From positions 1-40,543 of the IMG/VR virus record IMGVR_UViG_3300025803_000002: 40,543 nt of DNA. One strand, 5' to 3'. This stretch comes from a virus. Lineage: Duplodnaviria > Caudoviricetes. Numbering within the stretch: the first letter of the stretch is position 1; each line of letters begins with the position of its first letter. This document shows, piece by piece, positions 16,481 to 24,971 of this stretch. The notes beneath the pieces were generated by a model, which was not told where the DNA came from, did not search any database, and saw only the letters and a list, made by a program, of their open reading frames with translations. Both the position numbers and the translations under genes were made by a program.

Positions 16481-18543
16481 GCGATCGGCCCTTGCTGCTG
16501 CATCATCTGCTCTTCAGCTTCGAGCTGCGCCAGCATTTCAGGGTCCATCATTTCTGGTGGGAGTTCAGCCATTCCCATTTGTTCGGGTGGCATGCCCATC
16601 GGCAGTTCTGGTTCCGGCATCATTTCAGGCTGCATAGGCGGCATCTGTTGCGGTGCCTGCTGCTCTGCATCTGGTTTGCCGTCTACCGTCTCAGTGATGG
16701 GCTGCATCGCCGTAACAGCTGCTTCAACTTCGATCTTCTCAGCTTCGGCTAGTTTCTTCTTGGTGTCCGCTGCCTTGTTATCGAGTTCGATGCCCATCGC
16801 TTCTTTTTCGTCTTCGCTTGGACCTTGCTGCGGCTCTTCAATCAGAACCTTCTCCAAGTTTTCGATGTTCGCAGCTTCCAGCGAGCGACGTGTTGCTTCC
16901 AGCGGGTTGATATGCGGGTTGCCCTTCTCGACCTGCTCAAGCAGGAACTGAGCGCGGATCATCCGTTGCATATCCGTGATCACGTTTGGATCGGCTTGCG
17001 GCAAGACGTTCAAATCATCCGCATAGTCCTGCCGGCCGGTTTGAACCTCTTCATCGAGGAACGTGAAATACTTCTCTTGATCGAGGTACTGAGCGTTGCA
17101 GGCATAAACCAACTTGAACTCTTGAGTGAGCGCCCGATAGATCCGCTTAAATATCGCGCTGAACACCTTGAGGCCCTGCTCAATCAAGGCCATCGTGGTC
17201 GTGGCAGTCATCGCCCTTTCGCCGCTGTCTCCAGTCAGAACGTCCTTGATTGCGGCGATATCCTTACCGCTTTCAATCATCAGCCCAAGCAATTCTAGGA
17301 GTACCGGAGCTGGCCCCGGACTTTGAAAATCATAAACAGCCTGGCGAATGTCCGATCCTGTCGCCTCAACCGTCGTGTACTCACCAGGTCGGCGCTTAAT
17401 CTTGGACTTGCCAAGCTTGAGGCCCGATCCGATCAACCCACCGCCTGCGTTCTGCAGAGTGCCAGCGTCCATCATCTGATTGATGGTTGTGTCTACGATG
17501 TCTGACAGGCTTTCGAGAAGCTTTCCGAAGCCGATGTCATAGAACCCGCCGTTTGGATCCGGAATGAACGGAATCTTGACGAAGTATTTCTTGCGCGGGA
17601 TCGATATGATCTTGTCCGGGCCAGCTTTGATCTTGTCCAGATCGAAGTTCGGGACCATCCGCACGATAGTTTCGCTGTTTTCATGGACCGTGATGATCCA
17701 AGGCTCTGACAGTCCGTCGCCGTCGCTGTCCCAGTAGCGGTGTTGCTCCAAGAACGTTTGCGGCGCCTCGTCATCTTCTGAGCCGTCTTCGCCCTTCAAA
17801 TCAATATCAACTTCACGGTAGAAACCGGAGCGCTGGCGCTCTTCAATCTCGTACGGGTAGAGCGTAACGCAGTGCGTCATGCGCGGTACGGTTTCGAGGT
17901 GCTTTGCCTTCTGATTTACAACGAAGTCCATGGCGCTGATCAGCGTTGATGAACATCCGCTCTCACTCAGTGGATCAAAATACACTTTGCGGAATGCGCA
18001 ACCAGTAATCGGCAACTGATGCAGCATCGTGTCCAGATCTTCTTCCCACTCGGGCATCTCTTGAGTGAGCTGGAATGACATATGCTGCGAAACACGTTCA
18101 CCACGTGCGGCCTTCTCGCCACCCTCATCCTTGCCGGCAACCTTGCACTTGACGACCCGTGGACCGTTCATGATGCCAGGATAAGCGCGGGCTGCAAACT
18201 GCAACGCAGCAGTCGTCAGCATCGGATATTTGACGTTGGAAGCGTTCGGCCAGGGCCAGGACTTGCCCTCTTTCTCCTGTCGCGCCATCTTCATCGCGCG
18301 TTCGGCCGTCTTCTCCCAATCAGAACGTGAATTGCGGTCTAGCTTGTATTCCTGAACAACCTTTGCCCCGAGCGCTTCGATGTCGTCCTCGAACCAGCCT
18401 GAGACATCACCAGCCTCAAGCATTTCAGCATAAGCCTGGATCTGCTGCTCAACAGGTGACGGCTCTGGCTCTGGCATGTAGTCGCCAAGGGTCATTCCCT
18501 CAGATGACATCATCTCAGGGTCGAGCGCTGCTAGGTCTTGCAT
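16477..18543 (-). CDS. Portal protein
   Basis: 688 aa directly after the terminase, with PWPNASNV, GCAFRKVYFD, FYDIGFG and TATTTMALIEQG, and a Gln/Pro/Met-rich tail. Confidence 0.9.
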   Translation of the reverse strand: MQDLAALDPEMMSSEGMTLGDYMPEPEPSPVEQQIQAYAEMLEAGDVSGWFEDDIEALGAKVVQEYKLDRNSRSDWEKTAERAMKMARQEKEGKSWPWPNASNVKYPMLTTAALQFAARAYPGIMNGPRVVKCKVAGKDEGGEKAARGERVSQHMSFQLTQEMPEWEEDLDTMLHQLPITGCAFRKVYFDPLSESGCSSTLISAMDFVVNQKAKHLETVPRMTHCVTLYPYEIEERQRSGFYREVDIDLKGEDGSEDDEAPQTFLEQHRYWDSDGDGLSEPWIITVHENSETIVRMVPNFDLDKIKAGPDKIISIPRKKYFVKIPFIPDPNGGFYDIGFGKLLESLSDIVDTTINQMMDAGTLQNAGGGLIGSGLKLGKSKIKRRPGEYTTVEATGSDIRQAVYDFQSPGPAPVLLELLGLMIESGKDIAAIKDVLTGDSGERAMTATTTMALIEQGLKVFSAIFKRIYRALTQEFKLVYACNAQYLDQEKYFTFLDEEVQTGRQDYADDLNVLPQADPNVITDMQRMIRAQFLLEQVEKGNPHINPLEATRRSLEAANIENLEKVLIEEPQQGPSEDEKEAMGIELDNKAADTKKKLAEAEKIEVEAAVTAMQPITETVDGKPDAEQQAPQQMPPMQPEMMPEPELPMGMPPEQMGMAELPPEMMDPEMLAQLEAEEQMMQQQGPIA

Positions 18544-19295
18544 TAATATCCTGTCGAGTCATTGCCACGACTATCGTAGCTGTCTTCTTCATCGTCGTAG
18601 AACGATGGGTCTATTGTTGCAAAGCGCTTCATCATCACCGCGTAGCGTGTGGCTGAGATCACGTCATCTTTCAGCGGTACAATCTTCCCGTCTTTACGAT
18701 GGAATAGTCTCAACTCTTGAAACCATTGCTCCAGGTTGCTGAACACCTTGAAGCGATCGGTCTTCATTCGCTCGTAAATGTCCATCACGCTGGCTTCTAA
18801 TGAGTTGCCACCCTCTGGATGCGTGGCCATTTCCATCAGCATGTTGAGGCCGTGTTCCCGGTAGATGGTGGCAAGAGGTTTACCCGAACCCTTTTCGCGG
18901 TTCAGGCCGTCATGTGGCCAGGCCCATGGTATCCAACGGCCCCATGATCGAAGCGTTGCAACATGCACTGGCGGTGTTTCATCACTCTGCTTGTAGCAGT
19001 TCGTTACGTAGATCACGTCTGCGTCGCGGTCCCAGGCAATCCGGGTTCCTGCGAACGGGTGATCAATTCCGAAGTCTACCCCGCCGATTTGCACCCAGTG
19101 CTCCGGGATCTTGAACGGCTCGCACTTGATGCGGTCTTCAGAGATCGGCCAGACCGCACCAGATCCAAGCATCGGTATGCCCTTGGCGCGTGCGTCGCGC
19201 TCATGCGGCGGGTATGCAGACCAAAGCTCGTCCTTGTCTTCTTTGCTCAGATGCGGGACATCATCCCACGTCGCCGTCACGCAGAATCTGGCCAA
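18543..19295 (-). CDS. terL: Terminase large subunit, C-terminal part (end of ATPase plus RNase H-like nuclease)
   Basis: YPPHERDARAKGIPMLGSG, GVDFGIDHP, WAWPHDG and DDVISATRY resemble P22 gp2. Likely TTG start at 19295 after GAGG. Confidence 0.9.
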   Translation of the reverse strand: MARFCVTATWDDVPHLSKEDKDELWSAYPPHERDARAKGIPMLGSGAVWPISEDRIKCEPFKIPEHWVQIGGVDFGIDHPFAGTRIAWDRDADVIYVTNCYKQSDETPPVHVATLRSWGRWIPWAWPHDGLNREKGSGKPLATIYREHGLNMLMEMATHPEGGNSLEASVMDIYERMKTDRFKVFSNLEQWFQELRLFHRKDGKIVPLKDDVISATRYAVMMKRFATIDPSFYDDEEDSYDSRGNDSTGY

Positions 19296-19365
19296 CTTCA
19301 ACCTCTAGGTGGTACTAGCCGGGGGATCGGCGACACCCAGCCAAGCACGTTGCAACCTTAAATGG

Positions 19366-20109
19366 TTAATCTTCCATACCCAAGAACATCAGCGACACGT
19401 CAGTTGCGCCATTCAACGGCGTAAACGTACAGAGCGTGATACCCTTCACCGTCATCGTCCGTGTCAGGCACTCGGTGTAGACATCCATTGGTGGCTCTTC
19501 ATCAAGCCAACACAGATGCTTTGCTGTGCCCTGGAACTTCTTTCGCCCCTGGTCATACGATTTGAAGCCGACAAGCGATGTACCGCCCGACTGATGCTTG
19601 ACCCTCGCCGTATCCATTGCACCTGATACGCCGGCCCGTTTGGTTGGCTCTCCAATGATGTCTTCCAGTGGGATCAGCCCGGTTCCCATCGATCCGAGCG
19701 CACCCATAAGCGCAGACTGCACAATGTCTCGTGTCGTTTCTGACGTGTCGCCAGCTGCCCAGGCCTCGATTGGCCCGTTGAAGCGGCGCCCTTCCCACCA
19801 ATCAGGATATCGGCCGGTCAGATGTAACGCTGTCTCATACCCGCCGACGCCCCAGGTTTTTCCCACGCGATTGGCTGCCATCATGCAGCGTTCGCGGTGT
19901 TCATTGCCGGCAGCGAAGAACTCCAGATGCTTTTCGTAAAGCTCTCGTCTAAGCGGTCCCGTGTCCGGGTACAGTAGGCTTAACTGGTTCGTCTGGTGCC
20001 ATCTCTCCCGCTCTTCCAGAAGGCTCAGCAGTTCCATCTTCTTGCTCAAGTCCAGCGAGCTGATAAATGCGGGAGTCAACGTCTGCTGGAGCTTTTGCGG
20101 GAGTAACAT
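19366..20109 (-). CDS. terL: Terminase large subunit, N-terminal ATPase part
   Basis: Walker A AANRVGKT, HLTGRYP, Walker B WLDEEPP and coupling motif TFTP. Start codon uncertain (20109, 20079 or 20037). Confidence 0.9.
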   Translation of the reverse strand: MLLPQKLQQTLTPAFISSLDLSKKMELLSLLEERERWHQTNQLSLLYPDTGPLRRELYEKHLEFFAAGNEHRERCMMAANRVGKTWGVGGYETALHLTGRYPDWWEGRRFNGPIEAWAAGDTSETTRDIVQSALMGALGSMGTGLIPLEDIIGEPTKRAGVSGAMDTARVKHQSGGTSLVGFKSYDQGRKKFQGTAKHLCWLDEEPPMDVYTECLTRTMTVKGITLCTFTPLNGATDVSLMFLGMED

Positions 20110-20464
20110 CTGCTTTCTTATCCACTATCAAGCCGTGTAGCTTGCCCATGCCCATTGCGGCGCCAACCATTGAGCTTGTCTGTCCTGTTTCGTCGGCTTT
20201 GCTGTACGCCTTCAATAGCATATCTGACAGGCTTTCAATCGTTACCTCGGCTCGCTCTTTGGCCGCTTCCACGATCTCTTCCGTCTTTTTCTCGATCTTC
20301 GGGGCGATTTCGGGGTGGTTCATTAACTTGTACGCTTGGTTCCCGATAGACTTTTCGCTCATGCTCTTGCAGTCATAAGCACGCCTGTAGGCTTCACTCG
20401 CGTTCCCTGTTTCCAAGTAAGCAGCAACGAATGATTTTTGCTTTATGGTTAGGTCGCGGGCCAT
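19949..20464 (-). CDS. terS: Terminase small subunit
   Basis: LTIKQKSFVAAYLETGNASEAYRRAY HTH start and an AAGGA RBS. Confidence 0.88.
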   Translation of the reverse strand: MARDLTIKQKSFVAAYLETGNASEAYRRAYDCKSMSEKSIGNQAYKLMNHPEIAPKIEKKTEEIVEAAKERAEVTIESLSDMLLKAYSKADETGQTSSMVGAAMGMGKLHGLIVDKKADVTPAKAPADVDSRIYQLAGLEQEDGTAEPSGRAGEMAPDEPVKPTVPGHGTA

Positions 20465-20537
20465 GGTCCTTACTCTGTTGTCTGCTTATGTTGCACGCGA
20501 ATTGTGGCCGCAACTGCTGATGACGCGGCGAATACCA

Positions 20538-20741
20538 TCAGTTCGGGCTTAATTGACGGTTGAGATCGAACAGCGTTTCATCGTGAAGGGCCTCAAGAAT
20601 ATTTTGCATCTCGATCTCAGCATTAGTGAGCGTTCCTAGGGCTTCCGCCTGCTTGTAGGCTTCCCTGCACTCTCTGCATATCTCATTCATTTCCTCGATT
20701 TTCGCCTCGATGGCCTTACGCTCTTCATCGGTGATCTTCAT
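20538..20741 (-). CDS. Hypothetical protein
   Basis: 67-aa helical ORF with an ATGA overlap on the upstream gene. Confidence 0.6.
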   Translation of the reverse strand: MKITDEERKAIEAKIEEMNEICRECREAYKQAEALGTLTNAEIEMQNILEALHDETLFDLNRQLSPN

Positions 20742-20938
20742 GTAGCCCCTGCGATCATGATTTCAGACTGTGTGGCGCCGAGGCTGTAGCGTCTCGCCTT
20801 GGAATGTTCGATTTCTTCCAATAGCTCTCCATAGGTGAGCCGGTGGTCGCCGCGGAGGTAGGATTGCGCCAGCATGATCATCTGAGCCTCTTTGGCCATC
20901 GATGAAATCAGCGTTAGCGTTGCTTCTTCGGCGTTCAT
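20738..20938 (-). CDS. Hypothetical protein (first late gene)
   Basis: Likely start ATG 20938 (MNAEEATL...), just after the terminator. Confidence 0.5.
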   Translation of the reverse strand: MNAEEATLTLISSMAKEAQMIMLAQSYLRGDHRLTYGELLEEIEHSKARRYSLGATQSEIMIAGAT

Positions 20939-20951
20939 TCGACTTCCCAAT

Positions 20952-20980
20952 AAAAAAACCGGGCGCATTGCTGGCCCGGT
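20952..20980 (-). terminator. Intrinsic terminator at the head of the late operon (tR'-like)
   Basis: ACCGGGC-9nt-GCCCGGT running into a T tract. Confidence 0.8.
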
Positions 20981-21063
20981 CAATTCTTTCGTGCGCACGT
21001 AACAGCACGTAACAGAATCACTGTCTGATTTGGTTCCAAGGCGCAAGCACATTTTTGACACAG

Positions 21064-21549
21064 TTACCGGTTTGGAGGTTGAGAGATCAAACCCCAGTGA
21101 ATGCAGAGCGTGTCAAGCCCCGCGATAATCAGAGCCTCGCCGAACCCCTTGGCCTGGTGCCGACCTTTGATGGCGCCCCACTGGTGGCCGATGTCCTGCG
21201 GCGTTAGCGTGCTCTCTACCTGGCAGATCAGCGCTTTCCATACCCTGGGGCTGCCGACGGCTTTCTTGGCGTTCTCAAGCAGGCCAGCGTGGCGGTGGAT
21301 AGCGAACTCTTCCGGCACATCTGATCGGTCAACCTGGATATCATCGTCCACCCGCACATCAATGCCCTGAGCGCCGTAGTAGTGCTTTTCTAGTTTCATC
21401 ACGGCTTGGCGGTGTTCTGGCTCCAGTGTTTTGATGCGTTCGAAACCGTTTTTCTTGCGCCAGGCACGCCGGATTACCTTCTGATCGTAGGCTGGAGGCT
21501 CATATTCAAATTTGGCGCGCTGTTCCTTTGGCGGTGCTATGGCATCCAT
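21064..21549 (-). CDS. Putative late-gene activator/antiterminator (Q position)
   Basis: Last early gene before the late terminator. C-terminal LIIAGLDTLCIHWG resembles alphaproteobacterial phage late regulators. Confidence 0.55.
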   Translation of the reverse strand: MDAIAPPKEQRAKFEYEPPAYDQKVIRRAWRKKNGFERIKTLEPEHRQAVMKLEKHYYGAQGIDVRVDDDIQVDRSDVPEEFAIHRHAGLLENAKKAVGSPRVWKALICQVESTLTPQDIGHQWGAIKGRHQAKGFGEALIIAGLDTLCIHWGLISQPPNR

Positions 21550-21751
21550 TTGCGTAGCCTCTCTTGTGTTCGTTGTCGGATACGCAGTGCACTGGTGTTA
21601 AACTGTTCGCCTTACTGGCTTTTGCTTTTTCGATTTCTTGCGGGCGATTTTTGCGGATGTGTTGAGCTTGGGATTTTCCCGCTCGACTATCCTTACCTTG
21701 CCGCCTGGTTCTGTTATGGCTTTGTATGTTGGGCCTAGACGGGTCATTCAA
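21506..21751 (-). CDS. Basic hypothetical protein
   Basis: GGAGG RBS and an 81-aa ORF in the early operon. Confidence 0.4.
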   Translation of the reverse strand: MNDPSRPNIQSHNRTRRQGKDSRAGKSQAQHIRKNRPQEIEKAKASKANSLTPVHCVSDNEHKRGYANGCHSTAKGTARQI

Positions 21752-21887
21752 GCCTCCAGCTAATTGCGGTAAACGCGCGTATGTGAATACGCTGCCTCAT
21801 TTTCGATGCGGCTATTTTTTGGGGCTCTGAGTTCGTCGTCTTGGCATTTCAAATCTTCCAACTGTGCATAATCAAGGCGTCCATGGT

Positions 21888-22118
21888 TCAATCCCCCTCA
21901 TCATCGTCAAACGCCATCATGCGCGCCTTGCACCGATCCAGAAGCCAATTCACTTCGGGCCCGCCCGCTATGCTGCTTGCCATGTACTCGCTGCCGTCCT
22001 TGGCGTAACCGATCACGACAACGCCCTCGAGATCAGCATTGAGTGCCTCTTGCAAAACGCGATCGGGCGACATGTCGAGCCGGGTGACGACGGGCAGCTT
22101 GATTACGTTGTCGGTCAT
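21888..22118 (-). CDS. Conserved phage hypothetical protein
   Basis: MTDNVIKLP...VVVIGYAKDGSEYMASS...WLLDRCK, with an ATGA-coupled start at 22118. Confidence 0.75.
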   Translation of the reverse strand: MTDNVIKLPVVTRLDMSPDRVLQEALNADLEGVVVIGYAKDGSEYMASSIAGGPEVNWLLDRCKARMMAFDDDEGD

Positions 22119-22246
22119 ATCGTTCGCCTTACTGGCTTTTGTTTCTTGCTGGTACGCTGTCGAATAGCCGCCGATGCATCCAATACTCTCGGCTTCTTTA
22201 TGACCTTGCCGTCCTTGGTGACCTTGAAGGTTTTGGAGAGCTTCAT
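22115..22246 (-). CDS. Small basic protein, 43 aa
   Basis: MKLSKTFKVTKDGKVIKKPRVLD... with ATGA overlaps at both ends. Missed by the track. Confidence 0.6.
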   Translation of the reverse strand: MKLSKTFKVTKDGKVIKKPRVLDASAAIRQRTSKKQKPVRRTI

Positions 22247-22446
22247 CGACTTCGATTTTCCCTGATTTTTCTGCCTTCCTCTCGGAACTCAAGAAGCGTG
22301 CGATCGTATTCAGCCAACAGAAGGCCGCACCAATCTTTCAAAACGTCCAGACGCACCAAAGTATCTGCGCCCTTAAATTCCTTGGGCAAAGACAAGCCGC
22401 CTTCTACGTTTTTCCAGTCAATCGTCAGACCGTTAATCTTGGCCAT
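22243..22446 (-). CDS. Hypothetical protein
   Basis: MAKINGLTIDW... with a TGATG-coupled start at 22446. Confidence 0.6.
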   Translation of the reverse strand: MAKINGLTIDWKNVEGGLSLPKEFKGADTLVRLDVLKDWCGLLLAEYDRTLLEFREEGRKIRENRSR

Positions 22447-22628
22447 CACATCACCTTCCGTGCCAGATCCATTGCCGCCCAAACCGGCGTTACCGCCATG
22501 ATTGCCCAACCTGTTAAAGACGTAGCAAGTGATATTAAATCTCCATGACGGTAACTAGATAAAGCTCCAGCTGCGTTCATGCCGGTCCCTATCGCAAATA
22601 TTATAGCGTGTGCGTAGTACTCACCCAT
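22446..22628 (-). CDS. Small 2-TM membrane protein
   Basis: Two hydrophobic segments, coupled to neighbouring genes. Confidence 0.55.
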   Translation of the reverse strand: MGEYYAHAIIFAIGTGMNAAGALSSYRHGDLISLATSLTGWAIMAVTPVWAAMDLARKVM

Positions 22629-23373
22629 TGGAAGACTCCATTATGGCTCTGCCGATGAGTTCGGGGATTTGGGGTACAACTGCGTTGCCGAGGGCGTGTA
22701 TGCGGCGGCGCTCCATTGCGACGGAAAACCCATGATCATCTCGTAAGCTTCCGAGATGCGTTTCCAGTTGATACCGCGCTCTAACAGCCTGGTTGCGGCG
22801 CTCGGCTGATGGCGTTGCCTCGATGCCAAGTGAACGGAGGTACTGGAAACGTCTTTCCCGTCCCGTGCCGCGGGGCGTGGCAACAATCCATATCCGCTTA
22901 CCCTCATGGGGTAATCCAACATCAAGACCGCGTAACACTCGCCATTCCGCATCATACCCGACGCTGGCCAGCGCCCCAAGAACTCTTCCCATTCCCCGAT
23001 TAAGCAGCTCTGCGACGTTCTCCACGATGACGAATTTTGGTCGTAACTCGCCAACCAATCTGGCATACTCAAACCACAATCCGCTTCGCTCCCCATCAAG
23101 TCCTTCGCCTTCGACATTGGCGATTGAAACATCGGTGCACGGGAACCCTCCGCAGATGACATCGACTGCAATTCCGTCTCTGGCCAGAGTGTCGGCTGTG
23201 AGTTCTCTAACATCGTCATAGATCGGCACTCCCGGCCAATGTTTCGCCAATACCTTCTGGCAGAATGGTTCAATCTCGCAGAAGGCTACGGTTTCAAATC
23301 CGCCGGCGCGGTCCAGACCAAGGCTGAAACCGCCGATGCCGCTGAAAAGGTCGAGAACACGAAGATTCGTCAT
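22621..23373 (-). CDS. DNA (cytosine-5) methyltransferase, alpha polypeptide
   Basis: Motif I DLFSGIGG, motif IV GGFPC, motif VI ENV and motif X LGNAVVPQ. No recognisable motif IX in this frame. Confidence 0.92.
   Translation of the reverse strand: MTNLRVLDLFSGIGGFSLGLDRAGGFETVAFCEIEPFCQKVLAKHWPGVPIYDDVRELTADTLARDGIAVDVICGGFPCTDVSIANVEGEGLDGERSGLWFEYARLVGELRPKFVIVENVAELLNRGMGRVLGALASVGYDAEWRVLRGLDVGLPHEGKRIWIVATPRGTGRERRFQYLRSLGIEATPSAERRNQAVRARYQLETHLGSLRDDHGFSVAMERRRIHALGNAVVPQIPELIGRAIMESSNG
22641..23219 (-). CDS. Nested alternative-frame methyltransferase beta polypeptide
   Basis: Open frame wholly inside alpha, with a GGGAG RBS before ATG 23219, WPASGMMRNG, LLPRPAARDGK and motif IX-like EMIMGFPSQWS. 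Confidence 0.75.
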   Translation of the reverse strand: MTMLENSQPTLWPETELQSMSSAEGSRAPMFQSPMSKAKDLMGSEADCGLSMPDWLASYDQNSSSWRTSQSCLIGEWEEFLGRWPASGMMRNGECYAVLMLDYPMRVSGYGLLPRPAARDGKDVSSTSVHLASRQRHQPSAATRLLERGINWKRISEAYEMIMGFPSQWSAAAYTPSATQLYPKSPNSSAEP

Positions 23374-23525
23374 TTCGGCATCTCGCGTTCCAGCCACTTC
23401 ACTATCGGAAGGCTTGGCTTGTGACTGCCGCCGTCGTTTATGAGCTTGCGGCGTTCATATTCCTCCGCCTGGTGCTTTACTCGGCGCTTTTTCCAACTCG
23501 CTTTGCCGGCTTCTGAAGGAGTCAT
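23370..23525 (-). CDS. Small hypothetical protein, 51 aa
   Basis: MTPSEAGKASWKKRR...KWLEREMPK with ATGA overlaps on both sides. Missed by the track. Confidence 0.6.
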   Translation of the reverse strand: MTPSEAGKASWKKRRVKHQAEEYERRKLINDGGSHKPSLPIVKWLEREMPK

Positions 23526-24745
23526 TCGTTTTCTCCCATCAATTCCGCAAGCACGCCGGGCCCGGTTCGCGTCACCGTGAAATTTCCCCGGCCAGGATCG
23601 AAGCTCAACTTCGCAAGCGTTGGAACGCCCATGATTTCGGTGTCTTTACACTTGTCGATATTGAGATACGTTGCGCCTTCCATGTCCGGGCGCCAGACGC
23701 ACCAACCGATGTCAGCCTTGTTGCCGTAGTGCGCGGTGTCTGCGCCGTCGTTAAGCGTGTACATAGCTTTGCTGCGCCGTGCTGTGCCGTCCTTTGGTGG
23801 GTGCGCAGCCGCGATCATCAGCAGCTTGTAATCGTCAGCAAGTTGCTTGAGGGCCATGATAAACTCGCCCATGTAATCCGTTTTCGACTGGCCTCTGCCG
23901 ACAAGGTGATCGATCTCGTTAACTGGGTCGATGATCACGACTTCCACGCCATACGTGCGAACCGCGAACGATATGCGATCAATCATTTTATCGACTGTCA
24001 TCGTGTCCCCGCGCCGGCGGCGAAGGAACCTGAATGCATCGTCAATCTCAGCATCCGCTGCTGCGATCTGATCCGATGTGAAACGATCTTCAGGGCTTGT
24101 GTTGCCATAGCGGATTTCGCTTTCGCCTTCGATGAACAGCCGGCGCAGGTCGCGTTCGTAGCGAGGCCGAACCTTCTCTTCAAAGGCCGTCAGAAGCGTG
24201 CGCCATCCATGCAGGCGATACAGGTTGTAAGCCATCTGCCGAAGCAGGACTGACTTGCCTGATCCGTATGGCCCAATGACCGGCATGAACGCGGGGCGAA
24301 CCAATCGGAAGCCATGCTCATCCAGCATCTTAAAGCCGGTTTCATAAGCTTGCTGTGTTGGCTCTTCGGGAATGTCTGACAGACGACAAACTTCGTCGAG
24401 CCACATCGGCTTATTTTCTTCGTGCAGCCAGGTTGAAAGGCGCTCGGGCCCCATCGTGTTCAAGGCTTCTGTCGGGCCCGAGATGTCATCCGACCATTGC
24501 ACCCAAGAGCACCTGGCATCATCCAATCGCATCGCCACTGCATCGCGCAACTCAGCGTCCGCGACCGGGTACGTCAACAGGATTTCGCTGTACATTCCGA
24601 ACGAAGGATCAATCTCGTCGCGAACGTACATTTGTTCAACGTTTTCGATCACCGACACGTTACGGATGCCAGCAGCTTTGAGCGATTGCAGATCCTCAAA
24701 TGACCGGCAGATCGTCAGCTTTAGTCTTTCAGGTTTATCGAGCAT
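23522..24745 (-). CDS. SF4 replicative helicase (T7 gp4/Twinkle-like) with a degenerate TOPRIM region
   Basis: Walker A GPYGSGKS, then FEE, IIDPVNE, AAHPPK and HYGNKAD. Likely start MLDKPER at 24745. Confidence 0.85.
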   Translation of the reverse strand: MLDKPERLKLTICRSFEDLQSLKAAGIRNVSVIENVEQMYVRDEIDPSFGMYSEILLTYPVADAELRDAVAMRLDDARCSWVQWSDDISGPTEALNTMGPERLSTWLHEENKPMWLDEVCRLSDIPEEPTQQAYETGFKMLDEHGFRLVRPAFMPVIGPYGSGKSVLLRQMAYNLYRLHGWRTLLTAFEEKVRPRYERDLRRLFIEGESEIRYGNTSPEDRFTSDQIAAADAEIDDAFRFLRRRRGDTMTVDKMIDRISFAVRTYGVEVVIIDPVNEIDHLVGRGQSKTDYMGEFIMALKQLADDYKLLMIAAAHPPKDGTARRSKAMYTLNDGADTAHYGNKADIGWCVWRPDMEGATYLNIDKCKDTEIMGVPTLAKLSFDPGRGNFTVTRTGPGVLAELMGENE

Positions 24746-24968
24746 ATCGGGATTCCATTGCATCGACGAGGCGGACAACGCCGCGAATGAATTTCGCTTG
24801 ATCAGGCACCGGAGCTTGCAGATCGGCGGGAAACGCAATCTGCGCCAGCGGCCGTGTTGTTTCTGTCGTCAACTTGGTGCTGATCGGGTTTGCGAGAATG
24901 CACAGGGCAGCGGTTTTCCAGTCCTGGCCGTCAATCGCTGCGTTGAGCATTATTTCCAAGGTTGGCAT
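24735..24968 (-). CDS. Hypothetical protein between initiator and helicase
   Basis: 77-aa ORF that fills the gap, with a GAGG RBS. Confidence 0.55.
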   Translation of the reverse strand: MPTLEIMLNAAIDGQDWKTAALCILANPISTKLTTETTRPLAQIAFPADLQAPVPDQAKFIRGVVRLVDAMESRYAR

Positions 24969-24971
24969 GGT

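Noticed and set aside
19296-19365. T4 gene 60-like ribosomal bypass or an intron joining the TerL halves
   Set aside because: A matching GAT codon is in the downstream frame but is followed by an in-frame TAG before the second ORF. The 70-nt spacer is too short for a self-splicing intron, and the second ORF has its own RBS.
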